In this document: positions 39,942 through 51,650 of the stretch, piece by piece
Numbering within the stretch: the stretch's first letter is position 1
How the letters are laid out: every line of letters begins with the position of its first letter
NCBI GenBank assembly: GCA_963716725.1
Contig: CAVQUB010000011.1
Span: 416,001 to 480,000 of the forward strand
Reading direction: 5' to 3'
From: an uncultured delta proteobacterium
GTDB taxonomy: Bacteria; Myxococcota_A; Polyangia; Polyangiales; Polyangiaceae
DNA: 64,000 bases
Translations under genes and position numbers: made by a program
The notes under the pieces: model-generated
Database searches by the model: none
What the model saw: only the letters and a program-made list of their open reading frames with translations
What the model was told of the DNA's origin: nothing

Positions 39942-41141
39942 ATGGTCTCCACGGCACCGGGGCGAGCGATGCCCATCTTCGCCGCCGTGCTCGCGACGCT
40001 GATGGTTGGATCCGTTGGGGCACAGGAGGCGCGCAGCAGCGTCACCACCGAGGTGAAGGGTGAGTTCGCCGCCTACACTGACACTGATTCGGTGAGTGTC
40101 GTGTCGCCCTCGACGGGCGTGAAGCTTCACGACGCGTCGAGCGGTTGGCAAGCGAGTGGCAGCTACTTGATCGACGTCGTGTCCGCTGCTTCGGTCGACA
40201 TCGTTTCCACCGCCAGCGGCCGGTGGAACGAGGTCCGACATGCTGCCAGCTTGCAAGCGGGGTACAAGCCGTACGACCTTGGCGGCACGGTGAGCGGATC
40301 GGTGTCCCGGGAGCCCGACTACCTGTCGCTCACGGGAGGAGGGGGAGTCTCGTGGGACTTCGTCCGCAAGACCGTCATGCCTTCGGCGACCTATTCGTTC
40401 ACTCACGACATCGCAGGTCGCGCGGGGACCCCCTTCGAGGTCTACTCGCTCGAGCTCGACCGCCACTCGCTCGGGGCGCGTCTCGAGCTCGTGATCAACC
40501 GCGAGTCCCTGCTAGACGTGGGCGTGGATGCCGGATTCGAGGTGGGTCACCAGGAGAAGCCGTACCGCTACGTTCCCCTTTTTGCGCCCGATATCGTGTC
40601 GGCGATTGGCGCCGGCATGCCGGTGGACGCCGTCAATGCCGCTCGCCTACCGGGACGCACCGAGGAGCGACTGCCCACGACGCGGCAACGTTACGCGTTC
40701 AGCGCACGATTCGCCCAGCGCCTCGCGGACAGCACGTTCTTGATTGACCAGCGTCTGTACGCGGACTCGTGGGGAGTGAAAGCCAGCACGACTAACCTGC
40801 GAGTCGTCTTCGACCTCTCGCGCCGCGTCAACATCTGGCCCGAACTGCGTTTCCATGCCCAGTCTGGCGCATCGTTCTGGCGCCTTGCCTATGCAGGAAG
40901 CCTGGCTTCCGACGGAACGCTCACCGTACCCGCGCTGCGGACGGGCGACCGAGAGCTCAGCCCTCTGACCTCCGGCTCGGGCGGGGCTGGATTGCATTTG
41001 AATCTCGGGAGCGCCGCCGATCCCACCGAACTCGGCTTCACGCTGCTGGCTCAATCGATCGCGACACGGTACACCGACGCCCTGTTCATCACCCAGCGCT
41101 TCGGCTTCTTTAGCGCCGTACAAGCGGAGGCCAAGTTCTGA
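39942..41141 (+). CDS. DUF3570 outer-membrane beta-barrel
   Basis: DVVSAASVDIVSTAS, SREPDY, PYR, ERLPTTR, RLYADSWGV and DRELS motifs. C-terminal Phe. Adjacent to DUF4266. Confidence 0.8.
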   Translation: MVSTAPGRAMPIFAAVLATLMVGSVGAQEARSSVTTEVKGEFAAYTDTDSVSVVSPSTGVKLHDASSGWQASGSYLIDVVSAASVDIVSTASGRWNEVRHAASLQAGYKPYDLGGTVSGSVSREPDYLSLTGGGGVSWDFVRKTVMPSATYSFTHDIAGRAGTPFEVYSLELDRHSLGARLELVINRESLLDVGVDAGFEVGHQEKPYRYVPLFAPDIVSAIGAGMPVDAVNAARLPGRTEERLPTTRQRYAFSARFAQRLADSTFLIDQRLYADSWGVKASTTNLRVVFDLSRRVNIWPELRFHAQSGASFWRLAYAGSLASDGTLTVPALRTGDRELSPLTSGSGGAGLHLNLGSAADPTELGFTLLAQSIATRYTDALFITQRFGFFSAVQAEAKF

Positions 41142-41656
41142 TGCGCAGAACTCTCGCGGGCTTGCTCTGTGCGGCTGCGCTCTCTGCCGCCTGCGCTGAT
41201 CCCGAACACACCGACGCCGTCGACGCACTCGGCCCCGAGGCGCCGGGCGTGGCCCCGGGGCCGCTGCACCGACCCGGGCAACCCTGCCTGACCTGCCACG
41301 GTGGCAAAGGTCCGGGCCACGTCGAGTTCAGCATCGCGGGCACCTTGTACAAATATGCGGATACCGCCGAGCCGTTAGCCAATGCCATCGTGCGCTTGCA
41401 GGACCACTCCGGCCTGCGCACCTTCACCGGCACGAACTGCGCGGGGAACTTCTTCGTGCAGAAGACCGACTTCGCTCTGGCGTTTCCCGTATGGACGCGC
41501 ATTGAGTTTGGCGGTTCGACACTCGACATGAGCACACCCATCTTCGCTGAAGGTTCGTGCGCGCATTGCCATTTCGATCCGCCTGGAGAAAGCTCCGTCG
41601 GGCACGTCTACTTCGCTCCGGTGGGCCTGCCGCTGTCCGGAGGCGATTGCCCATGA
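41141..41656 (+). CDS. di-heme c-type cytochrome lipoprotein
   Basis: Lipobox SAAC with CLTCH and CAHCH heme-binding motifs. Confidence 0.75.
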   Translation: MRRTLAGLLCAAALSAACADPEHTDAVDALGPEAPGVAPGPLHRPGQPCLTCHGGKGPGHVEFSIAGTLYKYADTAEPLANAIVRLQDHSGLRTFTGTNCAGNFFVQKTDFALAFPVWTRIEFGGSTLDMSTPIFAEGSCAHCHFDPPGESSVGHVYFAPVGLPLSGGDCP

Positions 41657-42153
41657 CGAGAGCCCTGGCATTCATCGCGGCGTGCTGCGCGGTGTCCTGC
41701 TCGGGCCCGAGCGGCGACGAGACCCAGGTCATCCCCACAGGAGCCTCGCGCGAGTCGTTTCCCGCGGTCGCCGACGTGCTGCACTCGCGCTGCGGATCGC
41801 TCGACTGCCACGGCACTGTCGGGAGAAATCTGCGAATTTACGGCCTCAATGGCCTACGGATCGACGGCATCACGGGTACCGGTCTCACCACCGCCCAGGA
41901 GTACGACGCAAACTTCCTGTCGGTCGTCGCGCTCGAACCCGTCACGTTTGGGCTGGTCGTGCGCGACGGGGGGCGCGACCCCGACCGCCTCTCGTTGGTG
42001 CGCAAGGCCCGCGGCGCCGAGGCGCACAAGGGAGGAAAGCCCATGCCGCAGGACAGCACCGGCGACCGCTGCTTGATCAGCTGGCTGGCGAACTCGGTGA
42101 ACGCAGATGCGTGCGCCGATGCGGCGGAGATGGCCGCGCCGGACTGGCCCTGA
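41653..42153 (+). CDS. putative c-type cytochrome lipoprotein (CX4CH)
   Basis: ATGA overlap with the previous gene. Lipobox AVSC, RCGSLDCHG and a distal HKGG. Confidence 0.65.
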   Translation: MTRALAFIAACCAVSCSGPSGDETQVIPTGASRESFPAVADVLHSRCGSLDCHGTVGRNLRIYGLNGLRIDGITGTGLTTAQEYDANFLSVVALEPVTFGLVVRDGGRDPDRLSLVRKARGAEAHKGGKPMPQDSTGDRCLISWLANSVNADACADAAEMAAPDWP

Positions 42154-42162
42154 GCCCGGCCG

Positions 42163-42981
42163 TCACACCCCCAACGCGTAGCCCAAGCTCAACGCGAGCG
42201 CCGTCCCGTTCGAGGGAAACAGGCGCATCAAGCCAAGCTCGAGCGTCGGTCCATGGCCGGCAGCGATGGGAAGGAACACACCGATCCCGATCCCCGCGAA
42301 ACCCGAGCCGGCCTTCTTGTAGACGTCGAGTTCTTGTGTTGGCGGGTTGTCCGGTTGGTTCGGTGGGGGAGCGGCGTTCGGATCTTCGACCACTTGGACC
42401 TTGGATTTGCCATCGACCTCGCCGAGGCCCGCATTGAACAACACGTAAGGTGAAAACCCGGTCGCCCTGTGCGCGGGCCCGAGCAGCCAGTACCCGAGGC
42501 GTGCTTCCGCATGGAAGGGCATGAACCCGGAGGAGCCGTCCTGCGGCGGCCCGCCTCCCCGGACTACGTAGCCGAGCCGCGCGCCAACGGTCACCGAATC
42601 GAAGAGCGCGAAGTCCGCACCCAGTTTCAGGCGAGTCGTGCCAAGCACGAAGCCGCCGTTGATCTTGTCGTTCTGACCGACGAGCGGTGTGCCGTGATAC
42701 TGGGATCCGGAGCCGCGAAAACAAGCGAAACCGTCTTCGAGCTGACCTTGCTTCGAGCAGACATCGTCGCCAGAGACGAAGGGTAGATCTTGGGTGACGT
42801 CGCCCGCGAGCCACACGCGCGGAGGCGCGGCGCCGGACGCTTGCGCTGAACCCGCATGGGCTGCCAAGACACCGCCAACGGCGAGGACTCGCGCCGCGAG
42901 TGTGCCCGCGAACCAGGCTGTGCGTAAGAAGCGCGCCAAGCCGACGCCTTCTATCACGACTTCCGAGTTCGCGCTGCCCAT
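42163..42981 (-). CDS. hypothetical exported protein, probable small outer-membrane beta-barrel
   Basis: Signal-like region, alternating beta strands and C-terminal LSLGYALGV. TGATG coupling to the upstream gene. Confidence 0.65.
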   Translation of the reverse strand: MGSANSEVVIEGVGLARFLRTAWFAGTLAARVLAVGGVLAAHAGSAQASGAAPPRVWLAGDVTQDLPFVSGDDVCSKQGQLEDGFACFRGSGSQYHGTPLVGQNDKINGGFVLGTTRLKLGADFALFDSVTVGARLGYVVRGGGPPQDGSSGFMPFHAEARLGYWLLGPAHRATGFSPYVLFNAGLGEVDGKSKVQVVEDPNAAPPPNQPDNPPTQELDVYKKAGSGFAGIGIGVFLPIAAGHGPTLELGLMRLFPSNGTALALSLGYALGV

Positions 42982-43612
42982 CACCGCAGCGGAGCCCCGG
43001 CCTCTTCGAGCTCGAACAAGGTGTCGCCGACTTCGACATCGGCGCCGTCCGCGGGTCCGACGGCGACGATCTTGGCTCGCTTCGGCAGGCCGGGACCTCC
43101 GTAGCTGATGCGATGGAAGGTCTTCATGATCTCGAGCAGGCACAGGGTCTGACCCTCGTCGACGACCGAGCCGCTCTCGACGAACGCCGGCTTGTCCGGA
43201 GACGGGCGGACGTAGAACCGTCCGCTCGACGGTGCGGAAAACACCAGGCCGCCGGCGCCGGATCCGGCCTCTGCCTCGGCCTCGACGGCCAACACCGCTC
43301 CGGTGCTCGGATCGAGCGTGAGCAGCAGGCTGCCGTGCTCAACGGGCACGCGCGCGAGACGCGAGACGGCGGCGTCGCCGATGATCAGACCGTGAGCCTG
43401 ATCGTCGAGTACGAGATCGTGGAGCACACCTAGCGCTTCGAGCTGTCCGACCTGAGCGCCCGGCATGAGCAGCGTTCCCGGCGCGGGACCGCCCCGCCAG
43501 AGCCCGACCCCCGGAGAACGCAGCTCGATGCGGCCGTCGGCGAGGCGCAGGGTCTTCACCGCGAGCGTGTGGTGGAAAACCCGGCCGTCGCGGGCGTAGG
43601 GCCGGCGCGCGC

Positions 43613-43616
<4 letters not shown>
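42981..43616 (-). CDS. biotin carboxyl carrier protein with extra N-terminal domain
   Basis: APSSGRFY...FVESG...LEIMKT biotinylation motif. Confidence 0.88.
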
Positions 43617-45343
<1,727 letters not shown>

Positions 45344-45350
45344 GCTTCTC

Positions 45351-46724
45351 CTACGCGGCAGGCCAGCCAGGGATGTTGCGATTGTCGTAGCGCCCGCTCA
45401 CGAACGCTTCGCTCCGGAGCACCGCGAGGTGCATCGGGACGGTGGTCTTGATGCCCTCGACGTGAAGCGCGCCGAGCGCCTCGATCATGCGCCTTCGCGC
45501 GTCCTCGCGGTCGCTGCCCTTCACGATCAGCTTGCAGATCAGCGAGTCATAGAATGGAGGCACCTTGTAGCCCTCGGCCACATGGGTGTCGACGCGCAGG
45601 TGCTCGCTCGCCGTCGGCGGCTGCCAGACCGTGATGGTGCCGGGGCTCGGCCGGAAATCCTGCGCCGGATCTTCCGCGTTGATGCGGCACTCGATGGCGT
45701 GACCGTCGAAGCGAACGTCGCTCTGGGCGAATGAGAGCGGATTGCCGGCGGCCACCCGCAGCTGCTCGACCGCCAGGTCGATGCCAGTGCGCATCTCGGT
45801 CACGGGATGTTCGACCTGAAGACGGGTGTTCATCTCCATGAAACGAAGCGTGCCCGTGTCGTCCATCAAGAACTCCATGGTGCCCGCTCCGACGTAGCCG
45901 ATGGAAGCGGCCGCGTGCCGAGCGAGCTCGGCGGTTCGCGCGCGTTCTTCAGCCGAAATGGCCGGCGACGGGGACTCTTCGATCAACTTCTGGTGCTTGC
46001 GCTGCACGGTGCAGTCGCGCTCTCCCAGATGGCAGACGTTGCCGTACCGATCGGCCATGATCTGGATCTCGACGTGGCGCCCCCCTTCGAGCAACCGCTC
46101 GAGGTAGACCCGGTCGTCACCGAACGCGACGGCCGCCTCGCGCTGGGCGCCGGTGAACGCTTCCTCGAGCTCGTCTGGACCGCGCGCGATGCGCATGCCG
46201 CGACCGCCGCCCCCGCTCTCCGCCTTGATCAGCACGGGGAAGCCGACTCGCTCGGCCACGCTACGCGCTTCGTCGAGCCCGCTGAGCACGCCGTCGCTGC
46301 CAGCAATGAGCGTCAGCCCCGCGGCGCCCATTGCGCGCTTGGCCGGCGTCTTCTTGCCCATCAGGTGCATCGCGTGCGCCGGCGGACCGATGAAGGTGAC
46401 GCCGTGAGCCTCGCACAGCGCCGCGAAGGTCGGGTTCTCGGACAAGAAGCCCCAGCCCGGGTGCAGCGCCGAGCACCGCGTTTGCTTCGCTGCCTGCACG
46501 ACCTTCACCATGTCGAGGTAGCTCTCGGCGGAGCGGCCCGCTCCAAGGCAAACGGTTTCCCGCCCATGGGTGTAGGTCGCGTCGCGATCGGCCTCGCTCA
46601 CGGCGAGCACGGGCGTGACACCGAGCGCGTCGCAGGCCCGCGCGATGCGCACGGCAACCTCGCCACGGTTGGCGATCAGCACGCGGTGGAAGAGCAGCGG
46701 CATGGTGGGCGCGGAGGCTAACAC
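45351..46724 (-). CDS. biotin carboxylase subunit (AccC-like)
   Basis: [44 protein letters not shown] and ECRINAED motifs. Confidence 0.95.
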   Translation of the reverse strand: MLASAPTMPLLFHRVLIANRGEVAVRIARACDALGVTPVLAVSEADRDATYTHGRETVCLGAGRSAESYLDMVKVVQAAKQTRCSALHPGWGFLSENPTFAALCEAHGVTFIGPPAHAMHLMGKKTPAKRAMGAAGLTLIAGSDGVLSGLDEARSVAERVGFPVLIKAESGGGGRGMRIARGPDELEEAFTGAQREAAVAFGDDRVYLERLLEGGRHVEIQIMADRYGNVCHLGERDCTVQRKHQKLIEESPSPAISAEERARTAELARHAAASIGYVGAGTMEFLMDDTGTLRFMEMNTRLQVEHPVTEMRTGIDLAVEQLRVAAGNPLSFAQSDVRFDGHAIECRINAEDPAQDFRPSPGTITVWQPPTASEHLRVDTHVAEGYKVPPFYDSLICKLIVKGSDREDARRRMIEALGALHVEGIKTTVPMHLAVLRSEAFVSGRYDNRNIPGWPAA

Positions 46725-46865
46725 CCGGAGTATTTTCGGAGAAAGCCCTGTGTCATCCAGAGGCAGGATCCCGCGGCGAGCGTGGGATTTGCTGGTGGGG
46801 CGGCGGTCGTGATTCGATCGGTCAGCTCCGTTGGCGGATGGGCGAAGGCAGCCTAGGCTCGGGGC

Positions 46866-47693
46866 ATGCGCGCTCGGTTCACCCTCGCTCTGCTCTCGTT
46901 TGCATTTGCCCTCGCGAGCTGCTCTTCGGACGACTCGGGCGGCTCGCCCGCTAGCGGTGGCGCCGGCGGTTCGAGCGGTTCTGGTGGTGCCGGGGGCGTC
47001 GGCGGTAACCAGAGCTGCACGGCGACCTTCACCTGGCTACAGAAGGACGCCTACAAGGAGACGGCCGGGCGCAGCAGCGATCTCTGGCCACCCCACACCA
47101 CGACTCAGATCGACGTGAGCTGCGGCGGGCAAGTCGTGAAGACCGCGTTTCGGGAGAACCATGGCACCAAGCCCAGCGACAAAGACGCCACCGGCGCCCT
47201 GTTCCTGGTGCCGGTCGGCACGATGGAAGCCAACGCTACCTGGAGCGAGATGGAGCCGATGCTCTCGGCCTACGAGAGCTGCGAGTGCGGCACTGGGTTC
47301 TTGAGCATGGACGCGCTAGGCGATGCCGCAGTGCAGAAGCTGGTGGCGGAGATCGAGCAATACGTGCTCGCCCACCTGACCTGCACCGGCGCCGTGGACG
47401 CGCCCGGCCTCGTCCAGAAACTGAAGGCCGGTGACATCGCCGGGGTGCTGGCGGTGCTCCCGAGCTGCACCTGGGAGGCAGGTTTCGACTGGTCCCTCGG
47501 CTTCGACGACGCCCTGGGCAAGGTGATCGCCGCCGCGAAGGAGACCCTCGCGGACTACCACGTCTGCAACAACGACGCGGAGCTTCAGGCCACGCTCTTC
47601 GACGGCTTTCGCAAGACCGGAGCCGTCACCGCTTGTGACGGCAGCGGCGCGACCTGCCACGGGCCCAAGTGGTTCTACGCGCCCAAACCCTGA
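46866..47693 (+). CDS. hypothetical lipoprotein
   Basis: Lipobox LASC, Gly linker and a globular domain with paired Cys residues. Confidence 0.75.
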   Translation: MRARFTLALLSFAFALASCSSDDSGGSPASGGAGGSSGSGGAGGVGGNQSCTATFTWLQKDAYKETAGRSSDLWPPHTTTQIDVSCGGQVVKTAFRENHGTKPSDKDATGALFLVPVGTMEANATWSEMEPMLSAYESCECGTGFLSMDALGDAAVQKLVAEIEQYVLAHLTCTGAVDAPGLVQKLKAGDIAGVLAVLPSCTWEAGFDWSLGFDDALGKVIAAAKETLADYHVCNNDAELQATLFDGFRKTGAVTACDGSGATCHGPKWFYAPKP

Positions 47694-47696
47694 GGC

Positions 47697-49160
47697 TCAT
47701 TTGCAGCTGATGGGCGCTGCCCACAGCTCGTGACTCTCTCCGGTCGAAACCAGGAAGAACGACACCGCGCGATCCCCTTCGACCCAGACGCGCCCCTGGC
47801 CAGCGTCGGCGCCCTGGGGCGACACGCTCACGGCATCGCCCACTGGCGCGAGTTCGTCGTCGACGACCCGCACCTTCACCACATGCCCGCTCGCAACCCG
47901 CTCGGTCCACTGCAGCAGCCAGCCGCGATCCCTCAGCGCCGCCGCAGCGGGTGCGATGCGAGCGCTCGAGTCTCCGAGCGGGATGGCAGTGAGCCGCTCG
48001 GGTACGCGGCCCAGCTTGGCCTTGCCCGCGTAGATCTGGAACTCGGCCGCTTCGCTGGGTTTCGCAGCCACCAGGATCAACGCGTCCTGGGCGCCGAGGA
48101 CGGGCACGGGCGTGCCGACGGTGCTCGCGTCGAGTTCCGGCGTGAGGAGCTCCGTCGTCTTGTCGCCGTTGACTGCCAGCCACCCCGCCCGCACCTTCCC
48201 GCTTTGCCCGCCAGCGCGGAGAGTGACGAAATGCCCTGCGCTCCGGTGGCTTTCCACGCGGACCGGCGTGAGATCCTTCTCGGTCAACGGCCACACCACG
48301 TCGGGCTCACTGTCGCCCGCCCGGCGTGCGATGCCCATGGGCGCAGCGCCAATGCGCAACGGATCGACCCCGATCACGCTGCGCGCGCCCTCGAGGTTCG
48401 ACTCCTCGGTGTCCACCGCCAGCTCGACGCTGTCGCCCCGCACAACCGGCTGCGCGCCGATGATGGGCGTCTTGCTCGGCTGGAGCTTCTTGCTCTGTTC
48501 GGCGAGCGTATCGGCGGCGAGCACCACGAGCTCGGCCTGGGACACCGTCCGCGCGAATCCGACCGCGACGCGTCCCTTGCCGACCGCCGCCACTTCGAAG
48601 GGGACCTTGCCGTACGCGGGCTTGGAGACTCGACGCGCCCGGGATGCGACGCACCTCGTCGAGAGCGGGGGCAGCACGCGGGCTGCGGCCGGAGATGACG
48701 ACGGCGCTCCCAGCGAGGGTGTGTCGGCTACCGACGAGACCGTGGTACTGCCCTGAGTCCGGCTCGCGATCACCAGCACGGTCGCTCCCAACGCCAGCAC
48801 CAGACCAAGGCCCACCACCGCCAGAGCCACCATCAACGGAGTGCGCGACGAGCGCGGCGAGGAGGCCCGTGCCGCAGCAGGTTCGGGCTCGGCCGCGGGC
48901 GGCTCGGGCTCGAGCGACTCCGGGAGCGGATTGTCCCGCATCGTCGGCGCGTCGTCCTCGACGCGAAACGCCGGCAGCGAAGCCTCCGCGACGGCGAGCT
49001 CCGGAACGTCGGAGGCCGGGAGCCAGCCGTCCATGGTGGGGCCGGACACCATGCTGGTGGGCGAAGCGCGACCATCGCGCAAGGCCGTCCCCAGGGTCTC
49101 GAGACTGCCCGTGTATTCGAACCCGTCAGCTCCGATCCAGCGCCACTGCTTCTCTGCCAT
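47697..49160 (-). CDS. single-pass membrane protein with GYF_2-like N-terminal domain
   Basis: MAEKQWRW...MDGWLPASDVPEL, Pro linker, TM helix and a large beta-rich C-terminus. Confidence 0.65.
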   Translation of the reverse strand: MAEKQWRWIGADGFEYTGSLETLGTALRDGRASPTSMVSGPTMDGWLPASDVPELAVAEASLPAFRVEDDAPTMRDNPLPESLEPEPPAAEPEPAAARASSPRSSRTPLMVALAVVGLGLVLALGATVLVIASRTQGSTTVSSVADTPSLGAPSSSPAAARVLPPLSTRCVASRARRVSKPAYGKVPFEVAAVGKGRVAVGFARTVSQAELVVLAADTLAEQSKKLQPSKTPIIGAQPVVRGDSVELAVDTEESNLEGARSVIGVDPLRIGAAPMGIARRAGDSEPDVVWPLTEKDLTPVRVESHRSAGHFVTLRAGGQSGKVRAGWLAVNGDKTTELLTPELDASTVGTPVPVLGAQDALILVAAKPSEAAEFQIYAGKAKLGRVPERLTAIPLGDSSARIAPAAAALRDRGWLLQWTERVASGHVVKVRVVDDELAPVGDAVSVSPQGADAGQGRVWVEGDRAVSFFLVSTGESHELWAAPISCK

Positions 49161-49165
49161 CCGCT

Positions 49166-50146
49166 TCAGCCTCTCCGGGGCGACCTCGCCCGGCGCTCGA
49201 GCTCTTTCGCGAGCGCGGTGTAGCTCGCGAGCCGAGCGGAGTCGAGCGCTCCCGATTCGACGGCGGCACTCAGCGCGCAGCCGGGCTCGCTCCCGTGGCC
49301 GCAGTCGCGAAAGCGGCAACTCGGCGCCAGCGCCATCACATCCGGAAACGCCGTCTCGAGCGCGCCGGCATCGGCCCAAAGCCCCAGCTCCCGCAAGCCG
49401 GGCGTGTCGATGATGGCCCCGCCGACAGGTAGCAGCATCAGCTCTCGGTGCGTCGTGGTGTGTTTCCCACGGTCGTCGCGCGCGCGGACGCTCTTCACGC
49501 GCATCCGAGACTCACCCAAGAGCGCGTTGACGAGGGTCGACTTGCCAGCGCCCGACGAACCGACAACCGCCGCCGTCACGCCCCGATCAAGATATCGAAG
49601 CGGTGCGTCCTCCGCGATCTTGGCGAGCACGTCGATGGCGTGTACGTCCACGTCGCGCGCGACGGCCTTCGCCTCAGCAACAAGAGACTCGACGCGATCA
49701 CACAGCCCAGCCTTGGTGAGAAGCACCACCGGCTTCAGCCGGCCTTCGGCGGCCAGGGTGAGGTAGCGCTCGAGGCGCCGCGGGTTGAAGTCACCGTCGA
49801 GCCCCATGACCACGAACAGGACGTCCACGTTGGTGCAGAGGATCTGAGGCCGCTCGCGCTTCCCGGCGGCGCGGCGCACCAGCTCGGATCGGCGCGGCAG
49901 CACCGATTCGACAATGGCCTCGGCGCCTTCAGTGCAGGCAACCCAGTCGCCGGTGACGGGTCGCCCCAGTTCGGCGCGCAGCACCTTGCGCGGAACGCGC
50001 GCCGTGAGCTCGCCCGACTCCAGGAAGAGCTGGGCGAGATCGGCGTCGATGCGAGCGACCCGCCCCACGAACCCATCGCCGAGCGACAACTCCAGGAATG
50101 CTCGCCGGAGCTTCTCGTCGAAACCCATGTCCTCGAGGGCGCTCAC
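49166..50146 (-). CDS. rsgA: ribosome small subunit-dependent GTPase A
   Basis: VTGDWV, TKAG, GSSGAGKST, GKHTTT, IIDTPG and the CRFRDCGHGSEPGC zinc finger. Confidence 0.95.
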   Translation of the reverse strand: MSALEDMGFDEKLRRAFLELSLGDGFVGRVARIDADLAQLFLESGELTARVPRKVLRAELGRPVTGDWVACTEGAEAIVESVLPRRSELVRRAAGKRERPQILCTNVDVLFVVMGLDGDFNPRRLERYLTLAAEGRLKPVVLLTKAGLCDRVESLVAEAKAVARDVDVHAIDVLAKIAEDAPLRYLDRGVTAAVVGSSGAGKSTLVNALLGESRMRVKSVRARDDRGKHTTTHRELMLLPVGGAIIDTPGLRELGLWADAGALETAFPDVMALAPSCRFRDCGHGSEPGCALSAAVESGALDSARLASYTALAKELERRARSPRRG

Positions 50147-50280
50147 GGCCCAGAGCTCCCGCCAATGGTCACTACCGCCAGCTTCGCCTCGCGGGACAAC
50201 CTCGTCCAGTGCCAGCGTCTCGAGCTCACGTCCGGCGCATGCTATCGCACGGCCGGGCACAATGCCCTAGAGTGGCGGCC

Positions 50281-50808
50281 ATGTCCGACTCCGAGCCAAC
50301 TTCGGGCACGCCTCGCGCGGTCTTGCTCGCGCTCTCCGCGGGCTTCGTCGCCTTCGGCGTCGCGTTCTTGCTGGCGCCGGCCAAGCTCGCGGCCTACGCG
50401 GACGTGTCGACGACCAGCCGCCTCGGCTTGATTGAGCTTCGAGCCTTCTACGGGGGCATCGAGATCGGGCTCGGCGTGTTCTTGGCCGTCACGGCCATGC
50501 GCCGCGAGTGGCAGATCCCGGGCCTGCTGTGCGCGCTCCTGTCCCTGCTCGGGGTCTTCGGAGCACGCATCTACGCGATGACCGTCGAGGGCTGGCCGGG
50601 AGCCACCGTGCTCGTGCTGCTGGCCATCGAGCTCGCGGGGATCGTCCTGGCGGGGTTCGGCTTGATGCGGATCCGGGAAGTCTCCGCGGCTGCGAGCGCG
50701 GCGAGGGTGGGCGACGACCTGCTCTCACGCCCTGAAAAGACGAAGCTCATCGAGAAGACCCAACCCCTTCAACGCACGCTGCCGCTCGACAAGTCGAAGC
50801 GGATCTGA
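50281..50808 (+). CDS. DUF4345-like membrane protein
   Basis: Four hydrophobic helices and an ELRAFYGG motif. Confidence 0.7.
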   Translation: MSDSEPTSGTPRAVLLALSAGFVAFGVAFLLAPAKLAAYADVSTTSRLGLIELRAFYGGIEIGLGVFLAVTAMRREWQIPGLLCALLSLLGVFGARIYAMTVEGWPGATVLVLLAIELAGIVLAGFGLMRIREVSAAASAARVGDDLLSRPEKTKLIEKTQPLQRTLPLDKSKRI

Positions 50809-50819
50809 GGGAGACCTTC

Positions 50820-51599
50820 ATGGCTGACAAGGTGTTGGTCGAGAATCGAGGGGCAGTACGCATCCTCCGAATCAACCGCCCCGAGGTCCGCAACTGCGTG
50901 GACGGGGAGACCGCCGTGGGCCTCGGTGACGGCATCGAGGCGTTTGCGCTCGACCCGAGCGCCCGCGTGCTCGTCGTGACCGGCAGCGGCGGCGTCTCGT
51001 TCTGCGCCGGAGCAGATCTGAAGGACCCGGCCTCGTTGTTCCAACATCGTCACCTGGACAGCGCGGGACCGATGGGCTTCGCCCGCCTCGATCCCGGCAA
51101 GCCGACCATCGCTGCCATCAACGGCTTCTGCTTCGCCGGCGGGTTCGAGCTCGCCGCTTGGTGCGATTTCCGCATCGCCGCGTCGAACGCCGAGTTCGGA
51201 TGCCTCAGTCGGCGCTGGGGCGTGCCCTACCTCGACGGCGGCACCCAGCGATTCGCTCGCATCATGGGAGTCGGCAACGCGCTCTACTTGCTGGAGACGG
51301 GCGCTCGCATCGACGCCCAGCGCGCCCGTGAAATGGGATTCCTGCAAGAGATCGTGCCCGAGGGCAGCGCGTTCGACCGCGCGCTCGAACTCGCGTCCGC
51401 CATCGCGGGTTACCCTAACTTTCCTGGCATTTGCGCCGACAGGCAGGCCGCCCTGGCGAGCCAGGGCGTGCCGCTCGACGAAGGCCTGCTGCTCGAAGCT
51501 CGCCTCGGTCGACCCACGCTCGTGAGCGACGAGCTCGCGGAAGGCCTCGCGCGCTTCGGCGCGGGGGCCCGGGACGCTTCGCCACGCCCGAAGGACTGA
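50820..51599 (+). CDS. enoyl-CoA hydratase/isomerase family protein
   Basis: INRPEVRNCVD, FCAGADL, KPTIAAING...AGGFELA and DGGTQR motifs. Confidence 0.93.
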   Translation: MADKVLVENRGAVRILRINRPEVRNCVDGETAVGLGDGIEAFALDPSARVLVVTGSGGVSFCAGADLKDPASLFQHRHLDSAGPMGFARLDPGKPTIAAINGFCFAGGFELAAWCDFRIAASNAEFGCLSRRWGVPYLDGGTQRFARIMGVGNALYLLETGARIDAQRAREMGFLQEIVPEGSAFDRALELASAIAGYPNFPGICADRQAALASQGVPLDEGLLLEARLGRPTLVSDELAEGLARFGAGARDASPRPKD

Positions 51600-51650
51600 G
51601 GGCCCGAGCGCGACGCCGGTGAGAAGGCCAACCAACGTCGCGACCGCGCG

